This document shows positions 25,641 to 40,188 of a DNA stretch of 64,000 nt, piece by piece. How positions within the stretch are numbered: the first letter of the stretch is position 1; each line of letters begins with the position of its first letter. This DNA comes from Eledone cirrhosa. Lineage: Eukaryota. The position numbers were made by a program, and so were the translations under genes. The stretch lies in the NCBI GenBank assembly GCA_964016885.1, contig OZ024743.1, positions 59,768,001 to 59,832,000 on the forward strand, read 5' to 3'. The notes under the pieces are model-generated. The model was given only the letters and a program-made list of their open reading frames with translations, did no database searches and was not told the DNA's origin.

Positions 25641-28600
25641 AATTTAGGATAATCGATATACATAGACTTTTGTATACAGAAATACAATGGAAACTTTGGA
25701 GTAGTAGAATACACAGTATATATTACTAAACATGTGAGTAAAACCCACACTTAACCCTCACACATGAAGAAATATTAATGTAAGCAAATATATAAGTTTG
25801 AGAATAACGTGTGAGCAATATATGTATATAGATACTCATAAATCTCAAGAGATCATAAATATTAAGATAGCAGGTAGAAACCTCTTTGAGGTGTGATAGT
25901 GAATATATAAAAACTATAAAAACACACATATATATATAACTATTTGCAAATAAAATTAAATAACTTGAAACCAAGCCAATAAACACATCCTGCATATGTA
26001 GAAATATATTTAAAAATATAAAAAATAAATTAAACATGAAATATCTCTTTATTTTTAAGAAGTTATAGTACTGCAAAATAACAACAAATGATAGAGAAAT
26101 AAAAATATCAATAGATATATCACCGTTATATATATTTTCTTCAAGTACGTATGGATGCGTGGTTCAGAGTATTCGCTGCTTAGATTTGTTGTTTCATTTT
26201 CCTTCCTCATCCGTGACTCATACAACAAATTTCCTATCCTTGTTGTAGCTGGAAATAAATCGATCTTCATGATTAGCGTTAAAATATTTCGATCAACAGA
26301 ACAGTTTAGCCGTGAATTTAATGGTTATGTGTCGCAACATTCCATAGACACGTGTATCGTAAATGTAATTGTCTGGGATATCCAGTATGGTATAGTGGAT
26401 GACTCTGAAATAAATTGTTTTGCTCAAGGACAAAACGGTCCGGCAGAACTCGAACTCCCAAACTTATGATATTCGAACGAACATTCAAATGATGAAACTA
26501 CGTACCTATACAAATGTCTCTTATTATCTGGTCGAATAGCCCACAACTTTCAAAGCCAAATTTGCTTGAAGTACGCTGAATTGAAGTTTATTGCCCTGAT
26601 TCAATTCTGCTGTTTGGCAGGTAGTCATAGTTTGTCGCCCAGTATAATATAGTAGTCTTTTCAGCTCAGTCATACGAGGGTGCTCATCGAAGGAGCTTCG
26701 TCACGTGTCGTAATAACGGGTCTTTCACGCTCATCATCGATTCACAACATTATTCTACATTTGGATATCTGCATCGGATCCTAATTTTGTGAAATCATTT
26801 GGCTCATGCAACTGACTTGAGAATAACCTCCTTCTTCCAGTCACCGTGTGGTCTCTGGAATGTTTCTTTTGTGTAGCTCTTATTTTTCAGTGTACGCTGC
26901 AAATGCTCTTGCGGTTGATGCAGTATCTATAGTTGGCCATTATGATATTAATGATGTGCATTCAGTACTCAAATATTATAGAAGGAAATATTAAGTTGTA
27001 AACGCCTTTAGTAAGAAGTTCTCATTTCCTTCAATTCCTAATCCAGAAACAAAATAATATCATTCATCCAAAAGAGGAAGCCCCTTTCCAGTCACACAAT
27101 CTGCTAGAAATAACAATAAAATATCTCTTCAACCATACCGTTTTGAAAATTAAGGAATATATGAGATAATTTGTATCTCATAATTTATTTCAATAGCCGT
27201 ATATAAATTTGAAATATAAAAATGTGCATAAAGGAAAAAAGTATGATATTGTATTTACAAAGATGAGAATAAAATATCTCTGCAAATTCATATTTTTTTT
27301 AATTTACAGATTTTGAAATACTCTTCTCATATTTACTCGTATATTCGTGAACATTCTTTATCATTTTTTCTGGTACACATTTCCGTATAGAGTAATGATA
27401 GACCTTGAACATTAGTCTCATGTAAGCAGTTAAATTTATCTCGTATATGTTTAGTATTTTATTATCAAGCATTACATTCCGATAGTTGAAGCTTCTGGGA
27501 GCCGTTGATATACTCCTGACTGCAGGTATTTTGTAAAGTTTGAACGTTTACTTAATTTTGTCTTCTCAACACTATCCCAAGTTAGGTTACCATATATCAA
27601 ATGTTAATTAACAACGGAAAATATAACATTTACATCTTTGTTCAAACATTTACGAGCCCTACATACTATTCCAATTTATGTCCGGCCGTTTTTAATTCGA
27701 TTGAGCCAACATGACGCTTTGCTGAATACCAGTCATTTCTTTAAATAAAGTGTGGTAATATTTATCAGCTAAGAAAAGATTTGTATAATGTTTAGAAGTG
27801 AAACTGCATGGTGCATACCATTGACATATATAAGAAAAAAGATGGGGCCAAAACATTTACGCTTCAGGAACACCAAACGATTCTAGTTTTGTGCTCGGAT
27901 TCAGTGACATATTTGTTCTATATACAACAAGTTCAGATACGGGGGAGATGTTCATGTACTGGAACGTATTTGATTATATATCTCGACATTCAGACCTTAG
28001 ATGGTGATTAAAAATTAGCGATAGAAACAAGTGACAAAATATTCAAAGTATATACACGTATTAAATGGCCTACTTGAATCAACGTGGTTCTTCCGAGAAA
28101 AGTGAATTCAAAATTGTCAAATAAATATAATACTTTTTAAACCAAAATGTCTAAAAGCAACCCTCGTCATTTGAAATTAAGCTGTATATTTTTATGTAAG
28201 AATATTTGGTAGGTTATGCTTCAGAAAATAGTTTTAAGTATAAGAATATTTACGATATAATGAAATCTCTCCATAAACCTCTTTATTTTCGAAATGGTTT
28301 GAAAATCTTAAGCAATGTATTTCATTAGAAACGTGCTAAAGAGAGGATTAATCATTTTAATATCTAATAAGAAAAGGAATAAAAGTGTAATATAATTCTA
28401 TTTTTCGTGTATTCATTTACATTGTGCAAAAGATAATATTGAATTCACCTGAAATAATTAGTAAAAATATTCTATTTAACTTTGTTTCTGAAACCGAAAA
28501 TTATAGAATATTACATAAAAGATTATAAATTTAGTTTAAAGCTGCTTTTATTTCAAATATTGTTTTAAGATATCGAATCAGAAGACTCTAATATATATAG

Positions 28601-30864
28601 GTCGAAGCCGAATGAGAAACTCACAGTACATTCATTAACCCACTGGAAGTAGACACTAAATCTTTCGCAAAACACACGGTTCTGTCTTAAAAATGTAAAC
28701 ATATCAGAAACAGAGACATGGTATTCAAGCCTAGAACAACTTTACTCGTAGGTTTGCTTCAACAGGAATTCACAAATCAAACAAAACCCACAGTGATGGT
28801 GTCATAGAGAAAACCTTTGATCGACAAATATCAATGTTAATATGAAATAAATAATACACTCCTTGTTTTTCGAACGAGACTTAATTTTCCATATTTGTTT
28901 TTATTGACATGGGTCTATGGAATTTTATGTATTTTGAGCCGTTGTTTGGGTATTTAGCGCCGTAGACGTACAGCGGAATATGCATCTACGTTTTATAATT
29001 ACCCACCTCATTCTCCAAATTATGTTAATTTCAAATTACTGTTTGGCAAAGTGTATGTAGCTTTTCTGAGAGGCCATTCTGTGATTATATAGAATATTTT
29101 ATTCAACCTATATTTTCCACGAGACAGTCTACACCACACGTGACATTTCATGACACCATACGAATCTCTACAGTAAGTTGTATATTTACATAACATTACT
29201 ACGAGGAAACGTTGATTAGTTAGCCCCGTGCCGTCAAAAATGAATTTTGATTGTAGTGTTTTCTATATAAAAAGTGTAAAAACCAAGTTTTTAGTTTAAT
29301 AATTCTTTTATTAGTAACTATTTTGTTCATAAACTATCCGCAACTAACATAGACAACCAAGATAATATCTTGGTGTGCATATGTATAGATTTATATACAT
29401 GAGTGTATAAAATATAACCACATATACACTAACACAAATATAAATATGTTAACACAAACACGCATATACTCACACTCATACACTCACACAAACTCTCACA
29501 CAATAATAATAGTCAATTCGCTCCACTGATAATTTCACAAATGTAACGAATCTTAGAACGCCGGTCAATGTTTTCTATAATTTGTCACCATCTCCTTCCT
29601 TTTTCAGTCATCTCCCTTTCAGTTAGTAACATATATAAATAGACACATATTCACTATTATTATAGTTCATGCTTATAGAACTTTAATACTTATGGTTAAA
29701 TATTGCACCTGTCTATTATCAGCGCCCTATGTAGCACCCTGGTTGGCCATAGTGATAGCGCCGGACATGTTTACATTTATATCAGTCACTGTTAGGTGAT
29801 TGTTCAAACACTGTTGAATGTTAGACACATTAAAAGCCGTTGCATCGGATTCTGTTCCACAAACTAACAATTCAAAAAAGAATATTGGAAAATTGGCCTC
29901 TTGTGTATGTCTTATTTCAGTGACTCGTAAATACAGTGTAATTATTCAAATCCTTTTTTCATTGTATAATTATTGATTTTTCTGTGTTTCACTGATATAT
30001 TTAAACTTCTACAAATGTGTACAACTTTGTATTGAAATCTAAACTATAATAAAGGAAGGTCTGCGGGACTGCGTACGGTTTTTTTTATCCCGTTAGTAAA
30101 ATAAGTTGGATTACTTTGAATAAATAATGAATGAATATTACATAATTTATCTACTAAATTTCGTAAACAAACATAATTTCGTAAAAATAAATAATTTAAA
30201 ATTGACTTCTTTTCAAAGTTGCACTTCCGGTATATCGTTGCCACCACCACCACTTCAACTACCATATATATAGAAAGAGAGAGTGGCGATCACTTAAATA
30301 AACATACTAATTTTTTGCCACTAATTTTCTCCTAATGCAGTTTATATATAATATATTTTTTGTTAATGTATCATGGATTACGTTACTGATTACATAAGGC
30401 AGTGTACCAACGTATTCGTTCAATTTCTGTTTATATTGTAAATTACGATTTTATTTAATGTATCATTTCTACATGTATATATACACACTACACATGCTAA
30501 CAGAAAACCTCCCGAAGGGTGGTTTTCTGCTAGTAATTTATAATGTTACATTTTGGAACTTTGTCGACTCCTACGATGAGTTTTCCTTTTGTTCGAACAA
30601 CAGAAATGTCTCCTCGTAAAATGAATGCGCAGGTGTCTGAACATTTCACTTACATTTGTACCATTAACTTCGTTCTCAGATATATTCTTCGAGACAGTGT
30701 GAGACAAAATTAGCTAAGTCGACCGGAACAACGAGACGCAATGTATCTTTCTTAGGGGCACATGCCTCAAAATCCAATTTTCGATGATGAGCAAGACAGT
30801 GCTATCTCTCTCAGACCCCCTCTCTCAATACATACATACATACATATATATATATATGAAAATA

Positions 30865-30944
30865 TTCTACTACCTCAAGTATCGAGCGATTACTCTGGTG
30901 CGATATGGTCCACCTGGTATCTTACCACACCCTCTTTGTTTGTT
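30865..30944. mobile_element. family A tail-only relic in opposite orientation
   Basis: ggtccacctggtatcttaccacac is the reverse complement of the family A long arm. Confidence 0.65.
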
Positions 30945-32119
30945 ATATATATAATTATGAAATAGACATCAATTTCACGAGTAGGTTGTTCCTTTGTTTG
31001 AAAAACTGTAGCATTCATCGACGAAATTGATGGAGGTCCATTCATTCCTACACAGCTTCGCAGTTATAACAAAAACACCATGTCTTCCACAAAATGAATG
31101 TGCAGATAGACTTATATTTATTTTATTTATATTTAATAGGTAATATATATATAAGATTTCTTTTTCAAATAGAAATTAAAATGTTTGGGGTTATTATATA
31201 TAAAACAAAAACACACATTCCACCTGAGATGAATCCATATTATAAACTGGGTAAATGGTAATTGTCAATATGGCGAAGAAAAATACAAGGATCTTTTTAT
31301 TAACACCAGGTTTTCCATATATCTTTCAGATACATCTGATTCCCAGCAACAATTATTAGAGAAAGATTATATAAAATGAATAGATATAAAATAAGAATGT
31401 ACTTACATGCTGTAAGATATACGAAAGAAATACAAATACATGAAGCGAGATTGACATAAAAATAGTATAAAGAAAGGTAACACCTATGGGGACACATAAA
31501 ATAGTGAACGTCACAAATTTATATATTACTTCCAATTATATACGTTTTTTGAATTTCCCAAGAATATTTATTGGAAACAGAACCTGACCATACGCTCAAA
31601 AGTTGTCATCTATTCCTGTTAGAAACCACTTCAATATCTACTCCAAAATGAAAGGTAAGGTGTATGAAATTGGCAACTCTTTCTCCTCCTACACTCTATA
31701 ACAAACAGTAATTTTGCTTATTCAAACGAACCTCCAAACTTAGATGTTTGTCAAATAACTACCATAGAAGAGCAGGAAATGTCTTGATTAATCGAGTCAA
31801 GGAATCAGTTTAATATCCGCCTCAAGGTATTTGGATCGGACAACGGGAATAATATTATGAGAGAAATAAAAAGCTTAGAGAAATATCATACAGTACACAA
31901 TGGTTTTGTGTTGGAATAACCTAAGGCAAGAAAAAGAAATGGCGAGTCATCTGAATCGAGTACGGAATCATTTTATGATTTTCATTAAATTGGATAAAAT
32001 TCACAGCTGGTTATTTGTTTTGTAAATATAGAAGAAAGCAAATATGTTTATTGGACGTTGTAAACGTTCCACCACTTTAAGCTCAACAGAAAGAAAAGAA
32101 AATATCTGGAAAGCTTTAA

Positions 32120-32180
<61 letters not shown>

Positions 32181-32241
32181 CGTGTGTGTGTGTGTGTGCG
32201 CATGCGCGTGTGTGTATGCATGTATATATGTTTAGAGTTTT

Positions 32242-32283
<42 letters not shown>

Positions 32284-34655
32284 GGGGGGGGGTATTTATG
32301 TGTGTATAACGTATGCATATAAACACAGATACAGACATTCATTCTACAATATACAGGTATGTGAGAAATTAAATTCACGTACGTATACAGCCAAAACAAA
32401 TTAAGTATTCCTAACACTTAAAGAAGGCGTCAGATTTTGACAGATATGTGTAACAGATTCAAATGGGGTCAGTGAATGATATTTATTAATGAAGGGCAGA
32501 GGTGAGTATTGTGTGAAATGAACGGGTGATATAAAATGTCGTAATGCAATCCAGCAAGTTATTTAATCAATCACACAAACGTTTCTGTCACTCACTGCTA
32601 TTTAAAATAGAATTAATATAATAATCAAAATGTCACGCCGAGCAGATGAAATCTAATTTCTTTACCTCTAAAGACAGTAAGTGACCATTACAGCTCAGTG
32701 AGTAATCCAAGATACGACCGTAGAATTAGTAGCGCCGTTAGGGACTCGGGAAAAGGCTTCGGCGTTCAAATCTGACTGATATCAACTACGCATTTCATAT
32801 TTTCGAGATCAAAATATAAAATACGAGTCCCTTAATGGGATAGATTCTTCTTCTCTGTTTCCGTCTCTGTCTCTGTATCTCTCTCCTTCTATCTCTCTCT
32901 CTCTCTCTTTCCCCCCTCTCTCTCTCTCTCTATCTCTATATTTCTCTCTCTATCTCTCTCTCTTTCTTTCTCTGTCTCAATCTCTGTGCCTCCCTCATTC
33001 CCTCTCTCTCATCTGAGGATGAAATCGACTGTATACAAATCCGAAGAGAGTTGAGCTTCGCTTTATTACAGGACGATGATACTACAACTCCATCTGGAGT
33101 TAAATATCCTATACTTCCTTTCATAACCCAGTATTGAATCAGAAAATTATCAGCAATGTATTCAAAATATGTGTGGGTGTCAATACTTCTGGGTGAAAGG
33201 AGGGAAACGTTTAATGTTTTGAAGGCAGATTATTCGCTTAAGTTGGACGATGTCACTTTTCACTGCAGTGAAACTTGACACCAAGAAATATATTTCCAAA
33301 TTTATTAACACTTGGAGGGAGGTTACTACTCACTAGTTGCGATGACTTACGTATTTCATTCCGAGTAAATATAAGTACCTTCCCTTTGGCGTAAAAAGGT
33401 GATCCTGAAACTTCTTAAATAGCAATTAGTATATTTTCATCAGTTTTCAGAAATAAAGTTTATAGAATAATGCAGACTTTTATGATTTACTTTAACGTGC
33501 ATGGAACTTCAGAAAATATATCTCGCTGAAATAGAAACCCGCTATTTATAAAGTGTACCATTAGAATAAATCCAGACTTTAAATGCATAGAATGAAAATA
33601 TTTAACACAAATAAAAATACATAGAAATGTATTTAGTCAATACATTTCTGTTCTTTAAGTAACACCTCAATTGTTGTACATCAAACGGAAATTTCAAGCG
33701 AAATCAAATAAGCAACAGACATAAAACTTCAAGGCAAATGGAAATATATATAGGTTCAGGAAAATATATTAATGTATACCAAAATTATGTCTGTGGCATT
33801 CAAAGCACACATTTTATATTGACTGAATGTAAAGAGGGGCAATATAACAAAACATCGAACAACTGTGACAGCTAACTACATATGTAGGAATTCATGTGGA
33901 ATTTACAGACATATGTCCGAATGTCTGTATGTAATCAAGGCAAATTATACTAGCACAAGCAATTGCTGAAGTCTGATTGTTACTTTCTGGAAAGGAATAA
34001 CTTTCTTCGTCGGGTATCGATTTTTCTAAGAAAAGTGGTATGACTATCACGTAGAAATTTCAGATAATATATAATTTAATGTATATTAAGAATACTACTT
34101 ATGTGGCACGTTTTCAGAAACAATATAGCATATTATATTAGACTGTTCAAGATTAACCCCAGCGAAATGTACATGTAGCTACATGTACATTTCACTGAAC
34201 GTAGCATAAACGTTCAACATAGAGCTGACAAATAGTTTCAACATTTTAAAGAAAACCATATGTATATATTACTAAAATGAAGCTCTATCTTCTCACAAAA
34301 TACTAACGCAATGTCTGAAAAATATGTCACACCCGATAATGTATCCTGAGGTAGATAATAAGTGGAAAACCGGAATGTAAAATCTAGAATTATGAATATA
34401 CTTGATTATATCTGACAATGGCCTATAAAACAACAACAGAAGTAATTCATCCAGCAAGGTAATAATATCACTAAGTTTCTCATGAGCACGTCTCACCACT
34501 GATAGATTTGAAAAGAGGCTCGATAAATGGTTCAATATTTAGCATCTTTAAGAGGCGCAAAAAACAATCCAATCGTCCTCTCGTGGCCGACAAATGAAAC
34601 AGTCACTAACCGTCAGCTAATATATATTCTCTTTCTCTCTCTATCTATATCTCAC

Positions 34656-34720
<65 letters not shown>

Positions 34721-34722
<2 letters not shown>

Positions 34723-34860
34723 CAAAAAAGGTGTGGTAAGATACCAGGTGGACCATAACGAACAAGAGTACTCGATACTTAAGGTAGTAGAGTGAGTAAT
34801 AGGAAAAGAATCAGGACCCCGACTGCTGAGCTCCGGCCGTCGGGGCTCTAATTCTGTTCC
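34721..34860. mobile_element. family A fold-back element (diverged subfamily)
   Basis: Same long arm; fold-back centred on gagctc of helix III; in (TA)n. Confidence 0.75.
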
Positions 34861-34952
<92 letters not shown>

Positions 34953-35250
34953 CTTAGGTAGAAAATGCCACAATTAGAACGAAAGACAAGGTCGGGTGAA
35001 TGAGGCGTGAAATTAAACAAGGCCAACAAAAGAGATGACGCGTGTTAAAAAAAATATCTGTACATAAAACAAAATATGTGTGCAATGAACGTTACTTACG
35101 GACATTGAAATGAAAATGTAAGGATCTGAGGTTTGGGACAAATGAAAGCAGAGTAAAAGGAGAGAAATAGTATGAGTGAAAGAAAAGGTTTTTAGAACAA
35201 TACCAAGTTATACCTCACGCATTCATATAAATGGCTACACCATTAAACAC

Positions 35251-35291
<41 letters not shown>

Positions 35292-35374
35292 GTGTGTGTG
35301 TGTGTGCATAGAGACTACGAAACCCTGTTGGTCCTCTGGAGGACTTTCTTCTTCAGCCGACTTGACTATTGCTC

Positions 35375-35910
35375 ATAAATGTGGTCATCCCTGAGTGTCA
35401 AACCAACTGCAGAACTTTAAGCAATGCAACGAAGCTACACCAATAAGATTGCCCCAATGCAAGAGATGAGTTACTGGGTGAGGCTGAGGAAATTAGAGAT
35501 TTACTCGCTGGAGCAGAGACGGGAGAGATACGCTGTGATACACATGTGGAAGATCCTGGAAGGGATAACTTCAAACGCCATTGAAGATAGAGCCAATTCA
35601 CGAACATGACATCATTATATAGTGCCAAAAGATCTCATCCGTCACATCGAGAATAAGGACAACATACTGCAATACCCTGTGGTTCAAGTGACCGCAGCGT
35701 TTTAATAGATTGCCAAAATATCTGAGAGTTCTACATGATGTGCATGAAATTCTATTTACCAAGATCGCGGATAAACCCACAGCACGAGATGAAGCACAAA
35801 TAAGAACAGCAGCAACAAACTCACGTTACTATTAGTGGTCAACCAATGAAGGTAGGCTATATAATGTGTGTCATTGGCCTTAGCCCTTCGGTTAGAATGC
35901 AAATACATTA
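35375..35910 (+). mobile_element. degenerate CR1-like LINE 3' fragment
   Basis: MQRSYTNKIAPMQEMSYWVRLRKLEIYSLEQRRERYAVIHMWKILEG. Confidence 0.8.
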
Positions 35911-35945
35911 AAAATATATACATACATATACAGAAATATATTTAT

Positions 35946-36003
<58 letters not shown>

Positions 36004-36034
36004 ATATACATATATATATATACACACACACATA

Positions 36035-36600
36035 TATATACAATACTTTATATCCATGTAGGAGAACCCCTACCGATGCGCTGAACGAGTGTGACTTTTT
36101 AGTCCAGCCAGCGGTACAAACACTACACTTGTGACAATTACTGACACATAGTGTTGGGCCCATGGTACCATGTTACGTCAAGTGCAGAGAGATCTGCAGA
36201 TATAAAGCAATGCCTGAGCCGTGAAGCTTTTATAGTGAGCAAAGGCACTGCACAAAGCCAGTCCCACTCTCTTAAGCAAGATGATATTTACCAAAAAGAA
36301 GAACAATTCAACATAATTGGATACCATCAGGATTGCATGGGTTATATCAGAGTTTCCCTTATCCTAGAATTCTGCCTTTACAAAGCTAAGGGGTCATCTC
36401 TCCCGGTAATTTTGGAGGGCCATTGACACTTAAGAGCTCCTTTGCCCTTTGACAGGTTTTGTTTTTAGTCCTGCAGGATGTTCAACGTCACCCTCCTCAC
36501 CAAGAAACCTTGGTGGTGTTGCCAGTTTAGTCGCCAAAGACCCGACCATGAGACAGGTTTTACTGGGATACATGTTACCAGTAGCACCAACTGGTGACCA
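36035..36600 (-). mobile_element. probable LINE 5' UTR-like fragment
   Basis: GC-richer non-coding island between (TA)n tracts, resembling RTE 5' regions; family not established. Confidence 0.35.
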
Positions 36601-36885
36601 TACATGCATATATATACATATATATACATACATACACATACATATATTTATAGATACATGTATATATATATACATACATATACATACATACACATATATA
36701 CGTACATATACATACATATATATACATATATATATATATACATGCATATATATACATATATACATACATACATACATCTTTACATACATAAATATATACA
36801 CATATATATACACATATATATATATACATATATATATACACATATATATATATATACATACATATATACATATATATACACACAC

Positions 36886-36996
<111 letters not shown>

Positions 36997-37009
36997 TATA
37001 TATAAGTAT

Positions 37010-37052
37010 GTATACGTACATACATATATGTATACAGACGTTCAGTAGCATG

Positions 37053-37135
<83 letters not shown>

Positions 37136-37405
37136 CAGGTACACATATATATATGTACGTATCAGTTTAGCGGACCTTTATTATAACGCTCGCTTTGTCC
37201 GTTTGTAAATAAACGGACAGCCTGATTTATGCCGTACGGTGTTAAGGCAACCACGTCACCTTTTTGTTCAACACTGACACAGGAACGATGAACTAGTTTC
37301 AAGATTATTAGCTATCGTCACCACCGTATACCCTTCTACCAGATGGTTGAACGTTCGAAAGTATATACTTTCCTTATGAAAATTAACGCTGAGCAGCCTA
37401 ATTTC
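37010..37405 (-). mobile_element. family B repeat copy, damaged HHR at 37285-37327
   Basis: Minus strand reads acggtg GTGACGA tagctaataatctt GAAA ctag TT catcgt. Confidence 0.75.
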
Positions 37406-38261
37406 AATTGTGCTGTAGCTAAGGTTTCAGTATAATGTCCCTCAATTCTGTAACGGTGCGTTACTGAACTAATAAATTATAAACAAATCTATTTAATTGA
37501 TACCAACGCTTACACTTTATTTTGTTCTCCAAATAAGCAGGCAAGTTGTTACAGTTTCTAAGGAATTAAATGTAGATGCAGGCTGCAGTGCACATTTAAA
37601 AGGTATCTGACCCCTGCTTCCTACTTTATCATACTTGAAATGTTCTTAAATTACCAACTTCATCTACAAAATTAAAAAGACTTTCCGAAGACCTACCAAT
37701 ACAGATAGTTTGGCACAATTCTCTTTTATCAAATATTCGTGTCTATTATCAATATGAAATTGTCTTATTCGTGAAAGCTATTCACCATCAAACCTCATGT
37801 TCTTACATTGTGAGGAACATGCATTTTCAATTGTTATTGCTTAGCATAATGTTCTTTGTATACAATCTTACAAATTTGTGACATACGATTGATTGCGTAA
37901 ACAATAATAGAGACCTTAGACGGGGCACTTTTGTGATGTATATTTTCATATCAAGAAGCCGAATTATACGCAGGTGATTGAATGATGGTGTCACGTAGGT
38001 ATGAAATACGTCTAATAACTGTTTCTAGTTTAGCAACATGACCAGGAAATATGTGGTAGAGAAGCGTCGATGGAATCAGCATCGCTATGTGACTGGCATT
38101 TTGTTCTTTCAACCTCAGCAGAATATAATATAAAATATGAACTTGGTGACGTTGGCATACAGAACGTAAAGCCCCGGACGGAATGCGCGACACGTTTTGA
38201 TGGACGCTGAAACGAATCCGTGAATCTGTTTAATAAAAAAAATGCAAAACCTTTAGGTATC

Positions 38262-38385
38262 ATAATTGTTTCTGCTTTTGGCACAAGGCCAGCAATTATC
38301 CTAGTGCATTAATGGTACTTTATTTTATCGACCCCGTAAGGATGAAAGGCAAAGTTAACCACGGCAGGATTTGAACTCAGACTTT
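38262..38385 (-). mobile_element. S1 SINE fragment
   Basis: Matches the 1965 copy. Confidence 0.75.
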
Positions 38386-38762
38386 TAAGTATCATAATAC
38401 TATCTATGATAGGAATGTTCCACCTTCTTTAGTGTTTAAATGTAAGTTTCCATGTCTGCTTTGTAGCTATGGCTTTTCAGTTTCTAGTGTAGTGTTACCA
38501 TATAGTCTCCTCTGAAGCCATTCAATTTGCAGTAATTAAATTCTTTCAGAGAAAATGATTTGGAAAAGTTACTATTTTCCGCTGTGGTTAAAGTGTCTGC
38601 TATGCTGTTAACTCCATCTTTCTAAGAATTTATGCGTTATGTTCAAATACATTGTTTGGAAGGAATATTAAAATCTCTAGATTAGAAGAATATATCTGTT
38701 TTAATATATTACTTCAGGTGGATATAGTTAATGCTATGTCTCGTAATACCTGCAATATGAAG

Positions 38763-39040
38763 ACACGTGGTTAAGTAGTTAACGTATATAGCTAACGACC
38801 TATGAGTTCGATTAACGGCACTGTGTTGTAGCCTTGAGAATAAACATTTGCTTTACGCTGCTGCAGTCCATTCAAATAGCAAAAATGTGTTTTGCCTGCA
38901 ATTCAAATGCCTAGCTTTGTCAGACAAAATTTCCTTGGAAAGTATGTTATGAGTGCACGTGTCTCAGGCGTGCTCAACCATGTGCCAGTTCATCTCTTGA
39001 GCTGACTGCTTCGATGTTCCTTCGTTCAGTAAGGACACAT
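38763..39040 (+). mobile_element. diverged S2 SINE
   Basis: tRNA-like head (gtggttaagtagtt..gagttcgatt) plus body shared with 2520-2785. Confidence 0.6.
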
Positions 39041-39339
39041 CCATACCTCCTCCGTTCAATTTGTTGCTATCATCAAGAACAGTAAGCCAACTGTTTACAC
39101 AAACACCATAAACAAAATACCCACGATACTTACGTATTCCTAAAGTAAAGACTTCCCTCTCAGCAAGGGCATTCTTACTTCTAGAATCTGCGGCATATAA
39201 AACTTCACTATTATGGTTACATGTGACTATGTAATATTCTGTCACGTTGTTCTAAAATGTAAAATACTCGCTCATTGTCGAGATCAACGGAGGTCCGAAA
39301 ACATTGTCTGCAATCTTATTTCATTATTTTCTTCAAAGG

Positions 39340-39530
39340 GTGGTGGATTGCCAGTATGGGTAGATGGTCTGACGCCATGCTTGGCAGCACAGTTACGTCC
39401 CTTTACGAACTGAGTTCAAATCCCGCCGAGGTTAACTTTGCCTTTCATCCTTACAGGGTCGATAAAATAAAGTACCAGTAATGTACTGGTAATTTGCAGG
39501 CCTTGTGCCAAAAGTAGAAACAATTATTTT
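39340..39530 (+). mobile_element. S1 SINE, near complete
   Basis: B box gagttcaaatccc, conserved body and tail. Confidence 0.8.
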
Positions 39531-39876
39531 CTTCATAATGTGCGTACTTATACGCCACGAAGATTTCTTAATTTACCTGGAAGTATGACCAGTATCATAC
39601 CACTTATCTTGCTTCACTACGATACATATCTATTTATACAATGTTTACTTCTGCCTTCCAGTACCGTAATCAACGTCGTTGTTTTTGTCTATCTCTACTA
39701 AGATCGCATGGCTATATTTAACGTTGATTTTTATGTAAGAGTGAAAGTTTAAGAAAACAAATTAAAAACGCCTAACTTGTTTTCACAAATGTTCTTAATA
39801 TACTGATAAACTGTAGCTCCTGTAACCGATATCACCAATAATAATTACATTCTACAATATCACCATGGTATGAAAG

Positions 39877-39936
<60 letters not shown>

Positions 39937-40188
39937 GGTGTATATTGAGTTAGAGATGCAAAAGAGTCTCTTACAATAAAATAGCTCTAGGGAAGAAATT
40001 TTTCTGACCCGTATATTATAATTAATATAAAAGAAAAACGAACACAGATATATACATATATGTGTTCAAATCGTAAACGACCAGATTCGCTGAGGTGAAA
40101 AGAATACTAACTATAAACAATAGGGTTTGCCAGGTTCAAATTAAGAATAAATCAAGAAAGTAAATATATATATATATATATATAATAT

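Noticed and set aside
26500-34700. Long AT-rich stretch searched for host exons
   Set aside because: No ORF or splice pattern I can support; small exons cannot be excluded without RNA-seq
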